Assembly: GCF_006345805.1 (NCBI RefSeq)
Contig: NC_042998.1
Coordinates: forward strand, 179,056,001 to 179,120,000
Origin: Octopus sinensis
Lineage: Eukaryota
DNA: 64,000 bases
Direction: 5' to 3'
Within the stretch, counting starts at the first letter, position 1; each line of letters begins with the position of its first letter. Shown one piece after another: positions 1 through 12,799 of the stretch. Under the pieces are notes generated by a model that saw nothing but the letters and a program-made list of their open reading frames with translations, did not search any database and was not told the origin of the DNA. The translations under genes were made by a program, and so were the position numbers.

Positions 1-536
1 AAAACTTCTTAAATCGTTATACAGCAGAAATGAAGTAAACAGACCATTGGAAGAATACTTAATGGCAACCATATGCACCAATCAAAACAAATATTGAACA
101 TCGATTGGTTGATACTTGCCCGCAGCTCAGGATACATCACATGATCGTTAAAGTAAACGTAAACATGTAAATAAAATGAAATAAAATAAAATAAACAAAA
201 TAAAGACGAAAACAAAATAAACAAAAAATAATAGATAGATTGCTGTAGGAACGGAGAAGGAAGAAGAGGAAGAATAACGTAAATAATGAAGAGGAGTACA
301 AGAGAGAAAAAAACAGAAGTAGAAAAAAAAATGAATCAGTGGAAAAGAAAAAAAAGTTCTAATCGACCAGGACTAGCCAAGACGTTTGAAGAAAAGAATC
401 TTAGATGAGATTTGTTGTTGTTTTCAAGAGAAATCTATATAAATATGTGTGTGTGTGTGTGTGTGCGCGCGCGCGCGCGAGCGTATGTGCGTGTACATAT
501 ATATATATATATATATATAATATATATATATATATT

Positions 537-604
<68 letters not shown>

Positions 605-669
605 GTATATGTATATATATATGTGTATATATATCAATATCTATATACATTTATATCTATATATATCTA

Positions 670-744
<75 letters not shown>

Positions 745-898
745 ATATATATATATATAAAACAACGATGGCGGCTATACACAATACAAACCAAGAGGAA
801 AAATTCAATTGTGACTGAAAGTGCAGGGTAGCACCTACCTTGCTAGAAATGGGAGTCAGAGAGCCTTAGATCCGCAAAACAGCATTTGTCTATGCACT

Positions 899-963
<65 letters not shown>

Positions 964-967
<4 letters not shown>

Positions 968-1175
968 GAGGGGTTATTGAAAAGTTCCTGGCTTTAAGGG
1001 TATCGCAAAAAGCCTGGTTGGAGGCCCAACCTTCCGAATTCTTTAATAGGGCTTAGAAAAACCGAAGGATTGCTGCAATAAGTGTATGGATCTGAGAAGG
1101 GAATATGTTGAATAAAATGATAATTAACTGATCATCCTGTATTTACCCAAAGCCAGGAACTTTTCAACCCCTCCA
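964..1175 (+). mobile_element. Non-autonomous mariner-derived MITE
   Basis: TIRs gagggg..tgaaaagttcctggcttt / aaagccaggaacttttcaacccctc. The interior retains the mariner C-terminus CNKCMDLRREYVE*. A second copy lies at 11032-11250. Confidence 0.8.
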
Positions 1176-1849
1176 CACACATTTATAAGATGAGTATATA
1201 AGGGTAAATTAACTATGTGGGTCCCGTAATAACTTTCAGGTATATTCCAGGTTCCGGCTAACCACATCAAGTAGTAATAAACACCAATGGTCCCTTAGTG
1301 TGGGCAATCCCGCTGTAATTCTTCTGATGAGTAAATCTGGGTTCGTTTCCTTGGATTATGAATATTTTCGGGAGTGTAAATTCTATACAATTACAAAGAA
1401 TACATCTTAAAATTTTTCTGTTAACATTACCTTACGTTATATTCAGAATCGTAAGCACGTTGGGCTAAATGCTTAGTCGCATTTCGCCCGTCTTTACGTT
1501 CTGAGTTCAAATTTCGCCGAGATCCTTTCATCCTTTCGAGGTCGATAAAATAAGGAACAGTTGAGTATAGAGGTCGATGTTTATGTATAATGATTGTGAA
1601 GAGAATAAAGTGGTTAATTCAATTAGTTATTCATTTACATATATTTTTGTGTAAAAAATATGAATGTATGTATGTTTGTATGTATGAATATATATGAATG
1701 CATATATTGTTTTTTTTTTATGAGCAGAATGGCGCAGTGGACGCATGATGGGTCAATAACCTAGAGCTCTGTAGATCGAAGCTATGTTTTGCGGAAAATG
1801 GATATTACTTTTAATATTTACACACCACACAAATATACTAACCACAAAT

Positions 1850-2005
1850 AGGCCTGGCTGTGTGGTAAGCAGTTTGCTTCTCAACCGCATGCTCCAAGTT
1901 CAGTCCCACTGTGTGACGCCTTGGGCAAGTAACTTGTTCTATAATCTCGGGCCGATTAAAGCCTTGTGAGTGGATTTGGTAGATGGAAACCGAAAGGAGC
2001 CCATC

Positions 2006-2080
<75 letters not shown>

Positions 2081-2297
2081 GTGTGTATCTTGTGTCTGTG
2101 TTTGTCCTGCATCACCGTTTGACAATCGGTGTTGGTATGATTGTCTCCTTAACTTAGTGGTTCGGCAAAATAAATTGATACATGTACCAGGCTTTAAAAA
2201 ACGGTAGAAATACTGGGGTCGATTCATTCAACTTAAACCCTTCAAGCTGGTACCCCAGCATGACCGCCGTCTAATAACTGAAACAAGTAAAAGATAG
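1850..2297 (+). mobile_element. tRNA-derived SINE family A with internal (TA)n
   Basis: A-box tggctgtgtggtaag, B-box-like agttcagtccc, ccttgggcaag core, internal microsatellite, 3' end tgaaacaagtaaaag. Many homologous copies in the window. Confidence 0.85.
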
Positions 2298-2309
2298 AAA
2301 ATATATATT

Positions 2310-2400
<91 letters not shown>

Positions 2401-2619
2401 GCCACGTACACACACGCACACACACACACGCACACACACACACACGCACACAGGAGTAGGTACACGCTAGATTATACGATAGAAATGAGCCAGAGACAAC
2501 AACAGATCTTTTCGCCGTGTATATAGGATTGCTAAATAATTAGTAATTCTACTTACCGGAGAAAAACAGTGTACGGCCATTTAAAGAGTTCCTAAAGTTC
2601 TCAGAAAACAAGTAGGAAA

Positions 2620-3105
2620 CATTAAACTCGCACTCCATCAGTTACGACGATGAGTGCTCCTGTTGATCCGAGTATTCCACAGACATGCGTACCCTTAACG
2701 TAGTTTTCAAGGAAATTCAGTATGACACACAATGTGACAAGGCTGGCCCTTTGAAATACAGTAATCCCGTGACGATCGAGCGTATTACGTTCCAAAACCT
2801 CACACAGAAATAATTAAAATACAAAAAAATATAAATACCTATCGGCTGCTGAAACCCGGATATACTGAGGAGTCCGCGATATAAATTTAATGTATATTAG
2901 CCAGATATATCCGCGATGTACTGAGTGCATTTTAGGTGAACCGCGATACGGCGTGGGTTACTATACAGGTATTACTCACTTTTTCCAGGTGAGTGAACTG
3001 GAACAACGTGAAATAAAGTGTCTTGCTCACGCGCCGCCAGGAATCGAACTCACCACTTTACGATTGTGAACCGAATGCTCTAACCACGAAGCCACACGCC
3101 TTCAC
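2620..3105 (-). mobile_element. tRNA-derived SINE family C, interrupted by a MITE
   Basis: Minus-strand head gtgaaggcgtgtggcttcgtggttagagc...gagttcgattcc, shared with 37359-37617 and 38778-39110. Confidence 0.75.
2759..2963. mobile_element. Tigger/pogo-like MITE nested in SINE C
   Basis: Imperfect TIRs cagtaatcccgtgacgatcg / cgatacggcgtgggttacta, TA on both sides. The SINE sequence gaaata|caggt resumes across it. Confidence 0.65.
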
Positions 3106-3665
3106 GGGGTTGGGGGCATTCCCTTATTAGATAATATCTACAAACAACCAGCATTAAAATCACTCATGGCACCGGATAACATAAAGAAATTTTCAGTGTA
3201 CGGCAATGTCCAATATATATATATATATTGTTTTTATTATGGCCAGCGAAGGACTGCGACTGCGCAGTAAAATTTGAAAGTTAGTATCTATAAACACGAG
3301 ACGAGTAGTTTTATTTGTCTCGTGTGTATATGTTTAACCCTAGGTTGGAACTGCTGAAGGAGATCAAACCTAGGGAGTTCTCCTTGACTCGCTAAAATAA
3401 AATCAGAAACCAATTAGTCCAGGAAACTAGATGGTAAATGTTTTTCATTTCCAAATTTATTCCTGTCGAATTTTACCCCCAATTTTTGTGGTTATAGAAC
3501 TTAGCTGTTCTTTCTAGCGTGTAGAATCCCTATAAGTGGATTCCTTATGTGCTTAAATATACACTATATCGTATGACTAATATATAGTCTTTTTGACTAA
3601 ATTTTTTTACACGTTAGACCACTGGAAATGTAAATTTTAATTAATTTCCATTTGTCTTTGATATG

Positions 3666-3754
<89 letters not shown>

Positions 3755-3756
<2 letters not shown>

Positions 3757-4135
3757 AGAAAAAAGCAACAAGAATGGATTAGTTTTTCAGTACAATTGTT
3801 TCATACGAAGAACAGCTTTGTTAAATTATTATGGATGGATTTACCTTTTCTGTGAAGCTAACAAGCTTTTTTAAAACCTTTTATAAAACTGTGCATCATT
3901 AGAGAACTTTGGAAGTCTGCTTACAATCTAAATTTGCTTTTTATAGAACTCTCTTCGATACTTCATGAGTGCAGCCTCACCCCCTAGGATGTTTGGAGAA
4001 CTCATATGTGTTTTGGCTTGATGAGTACGGGACACTTGTATTAGCTGCAATATTTGCAGCTTTTAATAAAGCTGTTCTTCGTATGAAACAATTGTACTGA
4101 AAAACTAATCCATTCTTGTTGCTTTTTTCTTGTTT
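3755..4135. repeat. Fold-back element: ~70 bp near-perfect inverted arms, ~230 bp spacer
   Basis: caagaaaaaagcaacaagaatggattagtttttcagtacaattgtttcatacgaagaacagcttt at 3755 and its reverse complement at ~4068-4133. Abuts (TA)n on the left. Confidence 0.9.
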
Positions 4136-4894
4136 ATAATCACCTCACATTATTTTATGGTTAATACCATATAGATTTCTGGTGTATCTAAGTTAAGTAC
4201 CGCATTCATGTGAATTCATTGGAACTCACTTGAATCTTAATTGATTTTACTGTATATATATATATAGTCGCTATAGGTTTTCAGTGCCAACAATCGTGAA
4301 GTTCTACGTGGTCACTATAGCAAATAAAATAGCAGCGAGATATATACCTATATGAAATATTCCTGGTATCGATGACATACTTGCTTGGCGTAATGGACAC
4401 ATATTAAGAATATTAAGGAATTAAAAAGAAGACACAGAAAACAATTCTATACAAATATCTAATATCTAGAATGGCAAAAATAAGACTTGTAGTAATTCTA
4501 TGATTCCATTTTAAGATATCGACTTTTCAGCTAGAAAAATCAGATACATTAAATCCGTTTACACCAAATGAACAATACATACATACATACATACATACAC
4601 ACACACGCGCGCGCGCATATATCATGTATAGAAGAAAAAATGGGATTAAAACATCATGGCGGATATCAATACTCAGTATAAAGGAATAAAATTTAAATTT
4701 CCAATATGAAGATACCAGTAAATGTATGTAAAATACAAATCTTATATAAATCCTCACGTATGACAGATAAATCCAACAATTCTAATGCAGAATTATAAGA
4801 AATTGAGAGAATTAACAACAATCAATAATATGCACGAAGAAAATAATTTCTTTATTTTAGATCACACCTTAAAAATCCAACAATTGTTTCAATT

Positions 4895-4962
<68 letters not shown>

Positions 4963-4969
4963 TCATATA

Positions 4970-5175
4970 TACATACTGTGTTTGTTTCCCCACCTCACCA
5001 TTGCTTGACAACCGATGTTGGTGTGTTTACGTCCCGTAATTTAGTGGTTCAGCAGAAGCAACCGATAGAATAAGCACCAGGCTTACAAAGAATAAGTGCA
5101 GGGATCGATTTATTCAACTAAAAGGTGGTGCTCCAGCATGGCCAGAGAAATTGACTGAAACAGGTAAAAGAATAG
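4970..5175 (+). mobile_element. SINE family A, 3' half
   Basis: gcttgacaaccgatgttggtgtgtttacgtcccgtaa...tgactgaaacaggtaaaag following (CA)n. Confidence 0.8.
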
Positions 5176-6174
5176 AATAAATACACACACACACACACAC
5201 ATACACACACACATATATGATATTATTAAAATTAATAATAGTATGTACGAACATTTATGGCAACATAACATTATTCTAACTGAACATCTGAAAAACTTTA
5301 GCTGTTAAAAAATGCTATCAAGAAGAAACGCCAAACCAAATTCAACTTTAGACATTGATTCATTCAACCAAGATCGACGTCGTTGAATAACTAATTTAGT
5401 TTATAAAGACTAAATACCATGCTAATTACATATTTTCTGACAATATGAAATATGCATAAAAAAACCTAACGCATAAAATTTTAGTTGATAAATATAAACT
5501 AAAATTGATGACGCCACTGGATATCTAGAGAACAAAATAAATTTTATTGAATTTTAATGGGCAATTAACTTCAAGATGTTGCCATAAATTTAGAAAGATA
5601 TTCAAATATTTCAGTTATTAATTATAATGATTTTTTAACTAATTATTATATAATAAGGTTAATTTCTATTAAAGGGCTTGATATAATGAGTAAGTAATTA
5701 GTTATAGCGATGTAAAGTATCTATGCTTCAATTGAGCATAACGTAGAATTCCTATTCCACCGAGATCATCAAGGTTTGTACATATTATTAATTATAGTAA
5801 TTTTTCAATTATTGTATAATAATCTTAATTCCTATAAAAGGTTATAATATAAAAATAAATAGGTATTTAATTATGTTATCCGTTATGACTAGCGTAGTCA
5901 TCAATAAGTGTATATATTATTATTTATCATTATGATTTTTCAATTAATATATAATAAGGTTAATTCCTATATAAGCGTTTATTATAATGAATAAGTAGAT
6001 ATTTGGTTGTCTTTTCTGTAATTTTTAGTTATTAATTAACCAGTGGTTGTATATGTTGTTGATTATAATAATTCTTCTGTTATTATAAAATAAGGTTAAT
6101 TCCTATAGCAGGGTTTATTTTATTAAATAGGAAATTAATTATTGTGACGTAAATATATAAATTTCTATTAAGCA

Positions 6175-6555
6175 CTAGCAGTATCGCCCGGCGTTGCTCG
6201 GGTTTGTAAGGGAAATAACTATATAAGCATTTTTAGAGAGTTATAGCCAAAAAATAGCAAAAAATGCATTAAAAATGGAAAAAAAATGATGGTAATTTTT
6301 TTAAAAAATCGTTGACTCATCGTAGACATTTTTAGAGAGTTACTTCCCTTATATAATAGCGAAAAAAATGCATTAAAATGGAAAAAAATGATGGTAATTT
6401 TTTTTTTTAATCGTAGACTCAGCGTAGACGCGCCCTAATACCCAGAAGGGCTATAAGATACCCGGTTTTGGTTAAACTGCACCGCAAAATGTGGAAGTAG
6501 TTAGGAATCTAAATCGTAGGAGACAGACACACAACCTCTCTTTTATATATAAAGA
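6175..6555 (-). mobile_element. Non-autonomous Helitron
   Basis: Minus strand: A|TC start, 3' hairpin cccgagc-aac-gccggg about 10 nt before CTAG|T. Homologous to 39879-40276. Confidence 0.85.
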
Positions 6556-6940
6556 TTACGTAGAATTATTATCTGTAGTTTTTATTCTTTAGTTATCTAT
6601 TGAGCATAATGTTGAATTCTTGTCTGAAATTTTCGTTCTTTAGATATCCAATGACGTCATCAATTTTCGTAGATAACTACATACTCGTTTTCTACGTTAG
6701 GCTTTTTTTATGTAGGTTTCAAATTGTCAAAAAATATGTAATTAGTTTGGTATTTTTTATATTTTATTTTTATAAACCAAATTAGTTATTCAACGACGTC
6801 GATCTTGGTTGAATGAATCAATGTCTAAAGTTAAATTTGGTTTGGCGTGTTTCTTTTTCAAATGTTCAGTTAGAATTTCAGCAATTTGAATAACTTTGAC
6901 AATGTGTTGACATAAATTTTCGTGCATATTATTATTAATC

Positions 6941-7017
<77 letters not shown>

Positions 7018-7187
7018 CAGTGTATATTTATACACATAAGAGGAATCCACTCATGGGATTCATCACGCTAGAAAGAACAGTTAGGTTCTAAAACCACAAA
7101 ATTAGGGATGAAATATATATATGTATATATATGCATATATATATGTGTGTCTCTGTGTGTGTATTAGTGTGTGTGTGTGTGTGTGTG

Positions 7188-7227
<40 letters not shown>

Positions 7228-7528
7228 ATATACATGTATATATTAATGCAATTGAAACAATTGTTGGGTTTTTAAGATGTGATCACAAAGAAAGAAATAA
7301 TTTTCTTCGTACATACTATTTATTGATGTTAATACTCTGAATTTCTTAAAGTTCTGCATAAGAATTGTTGGATTTACTTGTCATACATGAAGATTTACCT
7401 GGGATTCGTATTCTACATACATTTATTGGTATCTGCTTGTTGAAAACTTAACCTTATTCCTTTATACTGAGTGCTCAGTTGGTATCTGCCAAGATGTTTC
7501 AATCCCATTTTTCTTCTATATATGAATA

Positions 7529-7567
<39 letters not shown>

Positions 7568-7585
7568 AGACACACACATACACAC

Positions 7586-7670
<85 letters not shown>

Positions 7671-7681
7671 ATATAATATAA

Positions 7682-7766
<85 letters not shown>

Positions 7767-7829
7767 ATTCAATATAACATAATACAATATAATATATATA
7801 TATACTTACATGGAGAGAGTGACTGTTGA

Positions 7830-8340
7830 AACAGATACAAAATGTCAGTGGTAAAAGCTTTATTTAGTAAAGTATTTTGATTCTCCTCCACAAGCAAAAC
7901 AGATAAAGAATTTTCCAAAATAAAACAAATAGTAATCAACAACCAATATTCTAACGAACTGGAGAACAAGCCATAAAACGACACAATAAGAAATGCAACA
8001 CATGAAAACCAGCAGACACCACATCCATTAAATATACAGAAACCACGAATAAAGTGTATTATATGAATCTAGTGAATACTAACTGGAAGAGATGAACATA
8101 TAAAAATCTCGTAAAGCCGACACAAAGTGCATTACACAAAACCATAAATTGATACTAATAATATGCTACAAATACACGAAATTTAAAATTCATCATATCA
8201 ATAATAGACCACAGATAGTAAAATCGAGAACGGGCCATGATTGGTCAATGTTAATATATGAATTGTAAATGTGAAAGTTGCGAAATTCACAAGTCTAACA
8301 GCATTTATGTTGGTCATAAAAATATGACGCTCATCCATTC
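7830..8340 (+). pseudogene. Degenerate Penelope-like element (thumb region plus GIY-YIG remnant)
   Basis: Translates to SVVKALFSKVF*FSSTSKTDKEFSKIKQIVINNQYSN (PLE thumb-like) and CKCESCEIHKSNSIYVGH..TL (GIY-YIG-like). Stops and frameshifts present. Confidence 0.55.
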
Positions 8341-8393
8341 GATTTACTATGTACTTATAATAAGGAGCAATAACAATAATAATAATAATGATG

Positions 8394-8438
<45 letters not shown>

Positions 8439-8637
8439 GTAGTAGTAGTATAATAATAATATTAATAATAATAATAATAATAATATAATAATAATAATAA
8501 TAATAACAACAATAACAATGATAATAATGTACTACACCACAAAACGCGAAACTAAACTGGATAGCGAAACATTAGCAGACAACACACACACATAGAGGTT
8601 TGGTGGATTAAGCAGGAGAAACAAAATTTAATGAGTG

Positions 8638-8675
<38 letters not shown>

Positions 8676-9164
8676 TATATATATATATATACATACATAT
8701 ACACACACACATATATACACACGCATACTTTACAACCCCCTCTCCCAGAAATTAATGATATAGACAATTTCCATTACACAGTACAATGCTAAAACTAGCG
8801 CACAGATAACATTAGGTCACAGACAAAAATAACATATAACTGATGATGTATAGATCCAACTACGGAAGTTCAAATTGAAACGCTAATGCTTGTGCAAATG
8901 ACATTGACAGCAACACATTCTAACACCACTTCATCTTGACGTTGAGACTACGAAGGCTTAGAAATGTTGATAATGTAAATAGATTGTTTCTCACCAACGT
9001 CATAAAAACTTTACTGCCCAAACAAATTTCACAGAACACATGAAAATATTTTTAAAAATCTTGATAAAAAAGATACATTTAGAACACAGTCGTTTTCCTT
9101 GAACGCTTCGAACAGAGATATTGCATCAAATTTTGCTAAAAGCTTGGTGGTATTCAGATACAAA

Positions 9165-9417
9165 GGCGGCGAGCTGGCAGAAACGTTAGCACGCGGGGAG
9201 AAATGCTTAGCGGTATTTCGCCTGCCGCTACGTTCTGAGTTCAAATTCCGCCGAGGTCGACTTTGCTTTCATCTTTTCGGGGTCGATTAAATAAGTACCA
9301 GTTACGCACTGGAGTCGATATAATCGACTTAATCCGTTTGTCTGTCCTTGTTTGTCCTCTCTGTGTTTGGCCCCTTGTCTTTACGTTCTGATTTCAAATA
9401 GGTATAGTAAAGAAATA
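9165..9417 (+). mobile_element. tRNA-derived SINE family B with 16-bp TSD
   Basis: Head ggcggcgagctggcagaaacgttagc, B-box gagttcaaattcc. TSD ggtattcagatacaaa at 9149-9164 and 9418-9433. Confidence 0.9.
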
Positions 9418-9637
9418 GGTATTCAGATACAAACTATACAGAAGATTCAGCAGGCCTTTGGCAATGAGGCCATGGGCAAAAGTCCGATCAAGAAGTAGTA
9501 CAACCGCTTCAAACATGGTCGCACCGAAGTGGAAAGCGAGACACGCTCAAGCAGACCATCCACAAGCTGAAACGAGGAGCCGATTGAGAAGGCTCGGCGA
9601 ATAGTCATGGAAGACTGTCGTGTAACAATCCAGCAAA

Positions 9638-9784
9638 GGTTGACTTTGCCTTTCATCCTTTTCGGGGTCGATTTATAAGTACCAGTTACGCACTGGGGTC
9701 GATGTAATCGACTTAATCCGTTCGTCTGTCCTTGTTTGTCCTCTCTATGTTTAGCCCCCTGTAGGCAATAAAGAAATAATAAAA
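9638..9784 (+). mobile_element. 5'-truncated SINE family B with 11-bp TSD
   Basis: TSD aatccagcaaa at 9627-9637 and 9785-9795. Confidence 0.88.
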
Positions 9785-10331
9785 AATCCAGCAAATTGTT
9801 TACAAAGTTGGATAAGCACAAGATCAGTGCACTCTAGTGCATTCTATTTTAATGGAAGATTTGTGCATGCGGAGAGCGTTGGCGAAATTCGTCCCCAAAG
9901 TACTGGTGGAGCAGTTGAGGCAACTCCGCATGGATAACGCCCAGGACATGTTGGACTGTGCAAATCATGACCCAGACTTCATTGGTGATGTGTCATGGAT
10001 TTATCCTCTCATCTCTATACATTCAGTCATCTTGCTTGAACACGAAAATCCGCCGAGCACGCACTATACGCCTCTACTTTATGCATAACGCCGGGAACTG
10101 ACGCGGTTTACCGGTGCGAAAATTTTCACGCATACGCAGGAAGGGTGGCGTCACCTCTCACCTAAAGGATTTTGCCCGCGCGGCATTATTTTTGGTGGGA
10201 AAAAATTAAGTTGGGTACTTTTTGAACGCACCACCTACACACAAATGTATAATTATCTGTACTTGCATGCATATAATTATACATGTTTATGTACTACATA
10301 CATACATACATACATGTACATATATATATGT

Positions 10332-10368
<37 letters not shown>

Positions 10369-11031
10369 CATGTATATATGTACATGTGTGTGTACACAGC
10401 TTAGAACCAGTCACAGAAGAATACAATTTTATATGCACGTACACACACACAAACACACACACACATGCGTATACCCATGTTCATATGTGCATATATTGAA
10501 TACTGTTGGATTACTTCTGTTTCGTAACTATCAATTTCGAAGGGATACTCAGTAGAGTTTCTCAAAGTTTTTAAAACCCAATCTGAAACGATTAGGACTC
10601 GGTCGTATTAGTGCAACAAAATGCTGAAAACCTTTCGAATTTGTTCCAAGCATTCGATTACACAACACCTTGCTAAGAAATAAAATTACGTATATTTGCA
10701 TTGTATTTAGTTAAATTCAATAAAGTCTATTGAAAAAACAAATTTATACGAGATTATATTTAGAATTTCGATTATTTTAAATGAGACACGCCTTTGAGAA
10801 ACAACGAATATTTCAGTGACACAGAAAACAGTAAAACGAAAATGAGTTTAAAAAAAAATCAATTTATTGATGGTCAGTAAGAAAGGAATGTTTATCAATA
10901 TAAATATATTTGCTGTACACTGAGTCACGTAAACCAGAATGCGTTAATATGTATAAGTATGTACACACACAGACGCATACACACAGACACAGACACACAC
11001 ACACAACACACACACACACACACCACACACA

Positions 11032-11250
11032 AGGGAGGTGCTGAAAAATTCAAGGTTTTGGGTAAAAGAAAATACAGGAGGAACAGTTATTTATGATTTC
11101 ATTCAATATATTCCCCCTCTCAGATTCATACATTTATTGCAACGGTCCTTCAGTTTTTCTAAGCCCTGGAAAAAAGCTTTGGAAGGTTGGGCATCCAGCC
11201 TGGCCTTTTTCATGATAGGCTTAAAACCAGGAACTTTTCAGCACTTCCTC
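11032..11250 (-). mobile_element. Mariner-derived MITE, same family as 964-1175
   Basis: TIRs ggaggtgctgaaaaattcaaggtttt / aaaaccaggaacttttcagcacttcc. Interior is a reverse-complement homologue of 964-1175. Confidence 0.75.
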
Positions 11251-11453
11251 AAACATTCATACGTATGAGTGAATCATGCATTACTAAAACTTAGTATACT
11301 TTCAGTACTGCTTCAGAATCAAGCTTCGAATTTCGGCAAAGGGTAGAAAACATAAGAATTTGTTTGGAGTTTGACTTAAACATAGTAATTCCTACCAAGC
11401 AAACTAAGGCAACATTTTGGATAATACTTTAAATCTCAAGACATGAAAGTATA

Positions 11454-11590
11454 AGGTTGTCCCAAAAGTTCGTAGAAGGTCTTGGAAAATAATAGTCTTT
11501 ATTTTGAGGAATAATTTTTGTTGTTTTTGTTAGTACTTGGCGAGTAAAAATTCAATTTTCGCAAGTGTTTACGAACTTTTGGGACAACCT
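11454..11590. mobile_element. Short mariner-type MITE
   Basis: Perfect 21-bp TIR aggttgtcccaaaagttcgta / tacgaacttttgggacaacct. Confidence 0.8.
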
Positions 11591-11943
11591 AATATTACTT
11601 CCTTCACCCCCCCCCAAAAAAAAATTAATGAGGAATTCCAAGAGGACGAAATTTCAATTATAGCATATTGGTTTATATAAATTCATACAAGAAAAGAATG
11701 TGAAGTTTTCACGTTGGTGTATTTTAGAGACATATGAGAGTTAAAGTGATTCCAATACTGAATAGAAAGCTTTGTCTTGGGGTCGATTCGGTAAGAACTT
11801 TCATTCACTGCAACGTTTAACATCTCAAAAGATATTGTGAAATGTTTCATAGATATATATATATGGTGCAAATGTAACACAGGCAAATGTATATTTCATG
11901 CAAATCGCAAATCAAAGAAATATACCAAAGGATAGAGTTTTAC

Positions 11944-12082
11944 CTGCCGGAGGCTTCACAGGGCGTTCGCGTTCGGGTTTTACGGTTCTAACAATTGGTT
12001 GACTCAGTCTGTCGAAAAAATCTTTCTTGGCAGCTATTTCTGCTGCTTTGTCTCTGGCTACAGGTTCTTTCTTCTTCTTTTG
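11944..12082 (-). CDS. Candidate internal coding exon (139 nt, phase 0 to 1), unknown K/E/A/P-rich protein
   Basis: Acceptor gttcttcgtatctattacag|, donor CAG|gtaaaa. Open frame QKKKKEPVARDKAAEIAAKKDFFDRLSQPIVRTVKPERERPVKPPA-G; locally GC-elevated, non-repetitive. No homologue recognised; the acceptor could lie further upstream. Confidence 0.45.
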
Positions 12083-12262
12083 CTGTAATAGATACGAAGA
12101 ACTTTCACAAACCGACGAGGGAATCTTTAAGTGGTCACTCAGTCTTTTAGAAATAGCAACCAAATCTCCTTCAGATTATACGTTGCCGTCTTAAATAGGG
12201 AGAGACACACTGGATGATATTGTCTTAAATGCGTAATACCTCAGAATAGATGGGAAGGCCAT

Positions 12263-12362
12263 NNNNNNNNNNNNNNNNNNNNNNNNNNNNNNNNNNNNNN
12301 NNNNNNNNNNNNNNNNNNNNNNNNNNNNNNNNNNNNNNNNNNNNNNNNNNNNNNNNNNNNNN
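12263..12362. other. Assembly gap (100 N)
   Basis: Run of N. Confidence 1.
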
Positions 12363-12594
12363 AATAATAACTTGAGTGCTTGAAATATAGAAGTATTTTT
12401 GATACTACGACGTACGAAACATGTTGAATAATATTTTTATAAAAAATCAACAGATAAGATAGACAGCTTGATGTTTAGAAATACTGATAGACTAATAAAT
12501 AAAATAGATTGATCGAGTGACAGAGTGGTTAAATAGATAGATATATAAGTTGCTAGATAGAAATATATGTAAATAAACAGATCAATTGTTTTGA

Positions 12595-12756
12595 ATGGCT
12601 GTGTGGTAAGTAGCTTGGCTACCAACCACATGGTTCTGGGTTCATTCCCACTGCGTGGCACCTTGGGCAAGCGTCTTCTACTATAGCCTCGGGCCGACCA
12701 AAGCCTTGTGAGTGGATTTGGTAGACGGAAACTGAAAGAAGCCCGTCGTTTACATT

Positions 12757-12799
<43 letters not shown>

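Larger units (their letters stand above)
4630..7520. repeat. Large diverged inverted duplication (arms ~4630-5560 and ~6620-7520), possibly PLE 3' regions tail-to-tail
   Basis: Matching blocks in opposite orientation, e.g. tttagacattgattcattcaaccaagatcgacgtcgttgaataactaattt at ~5347 versus its reverse complement at ~6780-6830, and 4630-4890 versus 7245-7520. PLE origin is inferred only from weak peptide resemblance (HAKPNLTLDIDSF). Confidence 0.8.
9090..10232 (+). pseudogene. Mariner transposase fossil, internally deleted, split by two SINE B insertions
   Basis: Rejoined reading: EQRYCIKFC*KLG..QKIQQAFGNEAMG..YNRFKHGRTEVESETRSSRPST..RVTIQ..VHSILMEDLCMRRALAKFVPKVL..QDMLDCANHDPDFIGDVSWIY. The right end (gggtactttttgaacgcacc) is TIR-like. 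Confidence 0.9.

Noticed and set aside
405-831. ORFs of 137-139 aa rich in YI/CV/YLSI
   Set aside because: Translations of (TA)n, (TG)n and (TATC)n microsatellites; the same applies to dozens of similar ORFs in the track.
1321-1352. CTGATGAG motif
   Set aside because: No downstream GAAA or stem II.
5500-5545. TTGATGAC...GAAC/GAAA in the inverted duplication as a hammerhead
   Set aside because: Stem II and helix I cannot be formed in either arm.
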